Below are positions 63,894-64,000 of a DNA stretch of 64,000 nucleotides, piece by piece. Both the position numbers and the translations under genes were made by a program. Numbering within the stretch: position 1 is the stretch's first letter; the number at the start of each line of letters is the position of its first letter. A model generated the notes under the pieces. That model saw nothing but the letters and a program-made list of their open reading frames with translations. It ran no database searches and was not told the DNA's origin. This DNA is from a phage: assembly GCA_020279385.1 (NCBI GenBank), contig GCA_020279385.1_4762.1. The stretch is one strand, 5' to 3'.

Positions 63894-64000
63894 TTTATTA
63901 TCCTTTCTTAAACAAATTGCGAATCCAGTATACAAACGGGATTTCTTTAAACTTGAATTTCTCTATAGTTAATTCTTTAGTAGCAAAATGAATACCATAA

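Noticed and set aside
1-64000. Integrase, transposase, IS element or prophage att site
   Set aside because: No recombinase-like ORF or terminal inverted repeats were seen; gene content and order are those of a virulent T4-like phage.

Overview
This window is a T4-like (Tevenvirinae-type) myovirus genome segment. On the + strand at the left end are late genes: a 5'-truncated long tail fiber distal subunit gp37 with a C-terminal intramolecular-chaperone domain, a T2-type gp38 adhesin with glycine-rich motifs, a small ORF and holin t. Almost everything else is on the - strand in T4 early/middle synteny: 52, rIIB-like, rIIA, 39 (fused 39+60 type), dexA, dda, a ModA-like ADP-ribosyltransferase, 56, 61, 41, uvsX, 43, regA, 62, 44, 45, 46, 47, 55, nrdH-like, nrdG, nrdD, 49, nrdC, dam, tk and regB. 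Between these sit about 70 small accessory ORFs. Two free-standing HNH endonuclease genes are present. At least 19 sigma70-type early promoters occur as compact promoter/stem-loop cassettes, consistent with the PeSL elements described for RB49-like phages. Candidate novel content: a 489-aa P-loop NTPase cluster next to gene 55, two arrays of a paralogous protein family flanking the nrd genes, several signal-peptide proteins (DUF1311/LprI-like, an SLT-type transglycosylase), a macro-like domain protein, a duplicated terminator-promoter module, and an early ORF with an in-frame opal codon. No tRNA, CRISPR array or integrase was seen. All calls rest on reading motifs and synteny by eye; no database search was possible. 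Regulatory-site coordinates are approximate (about +/-2 nt).
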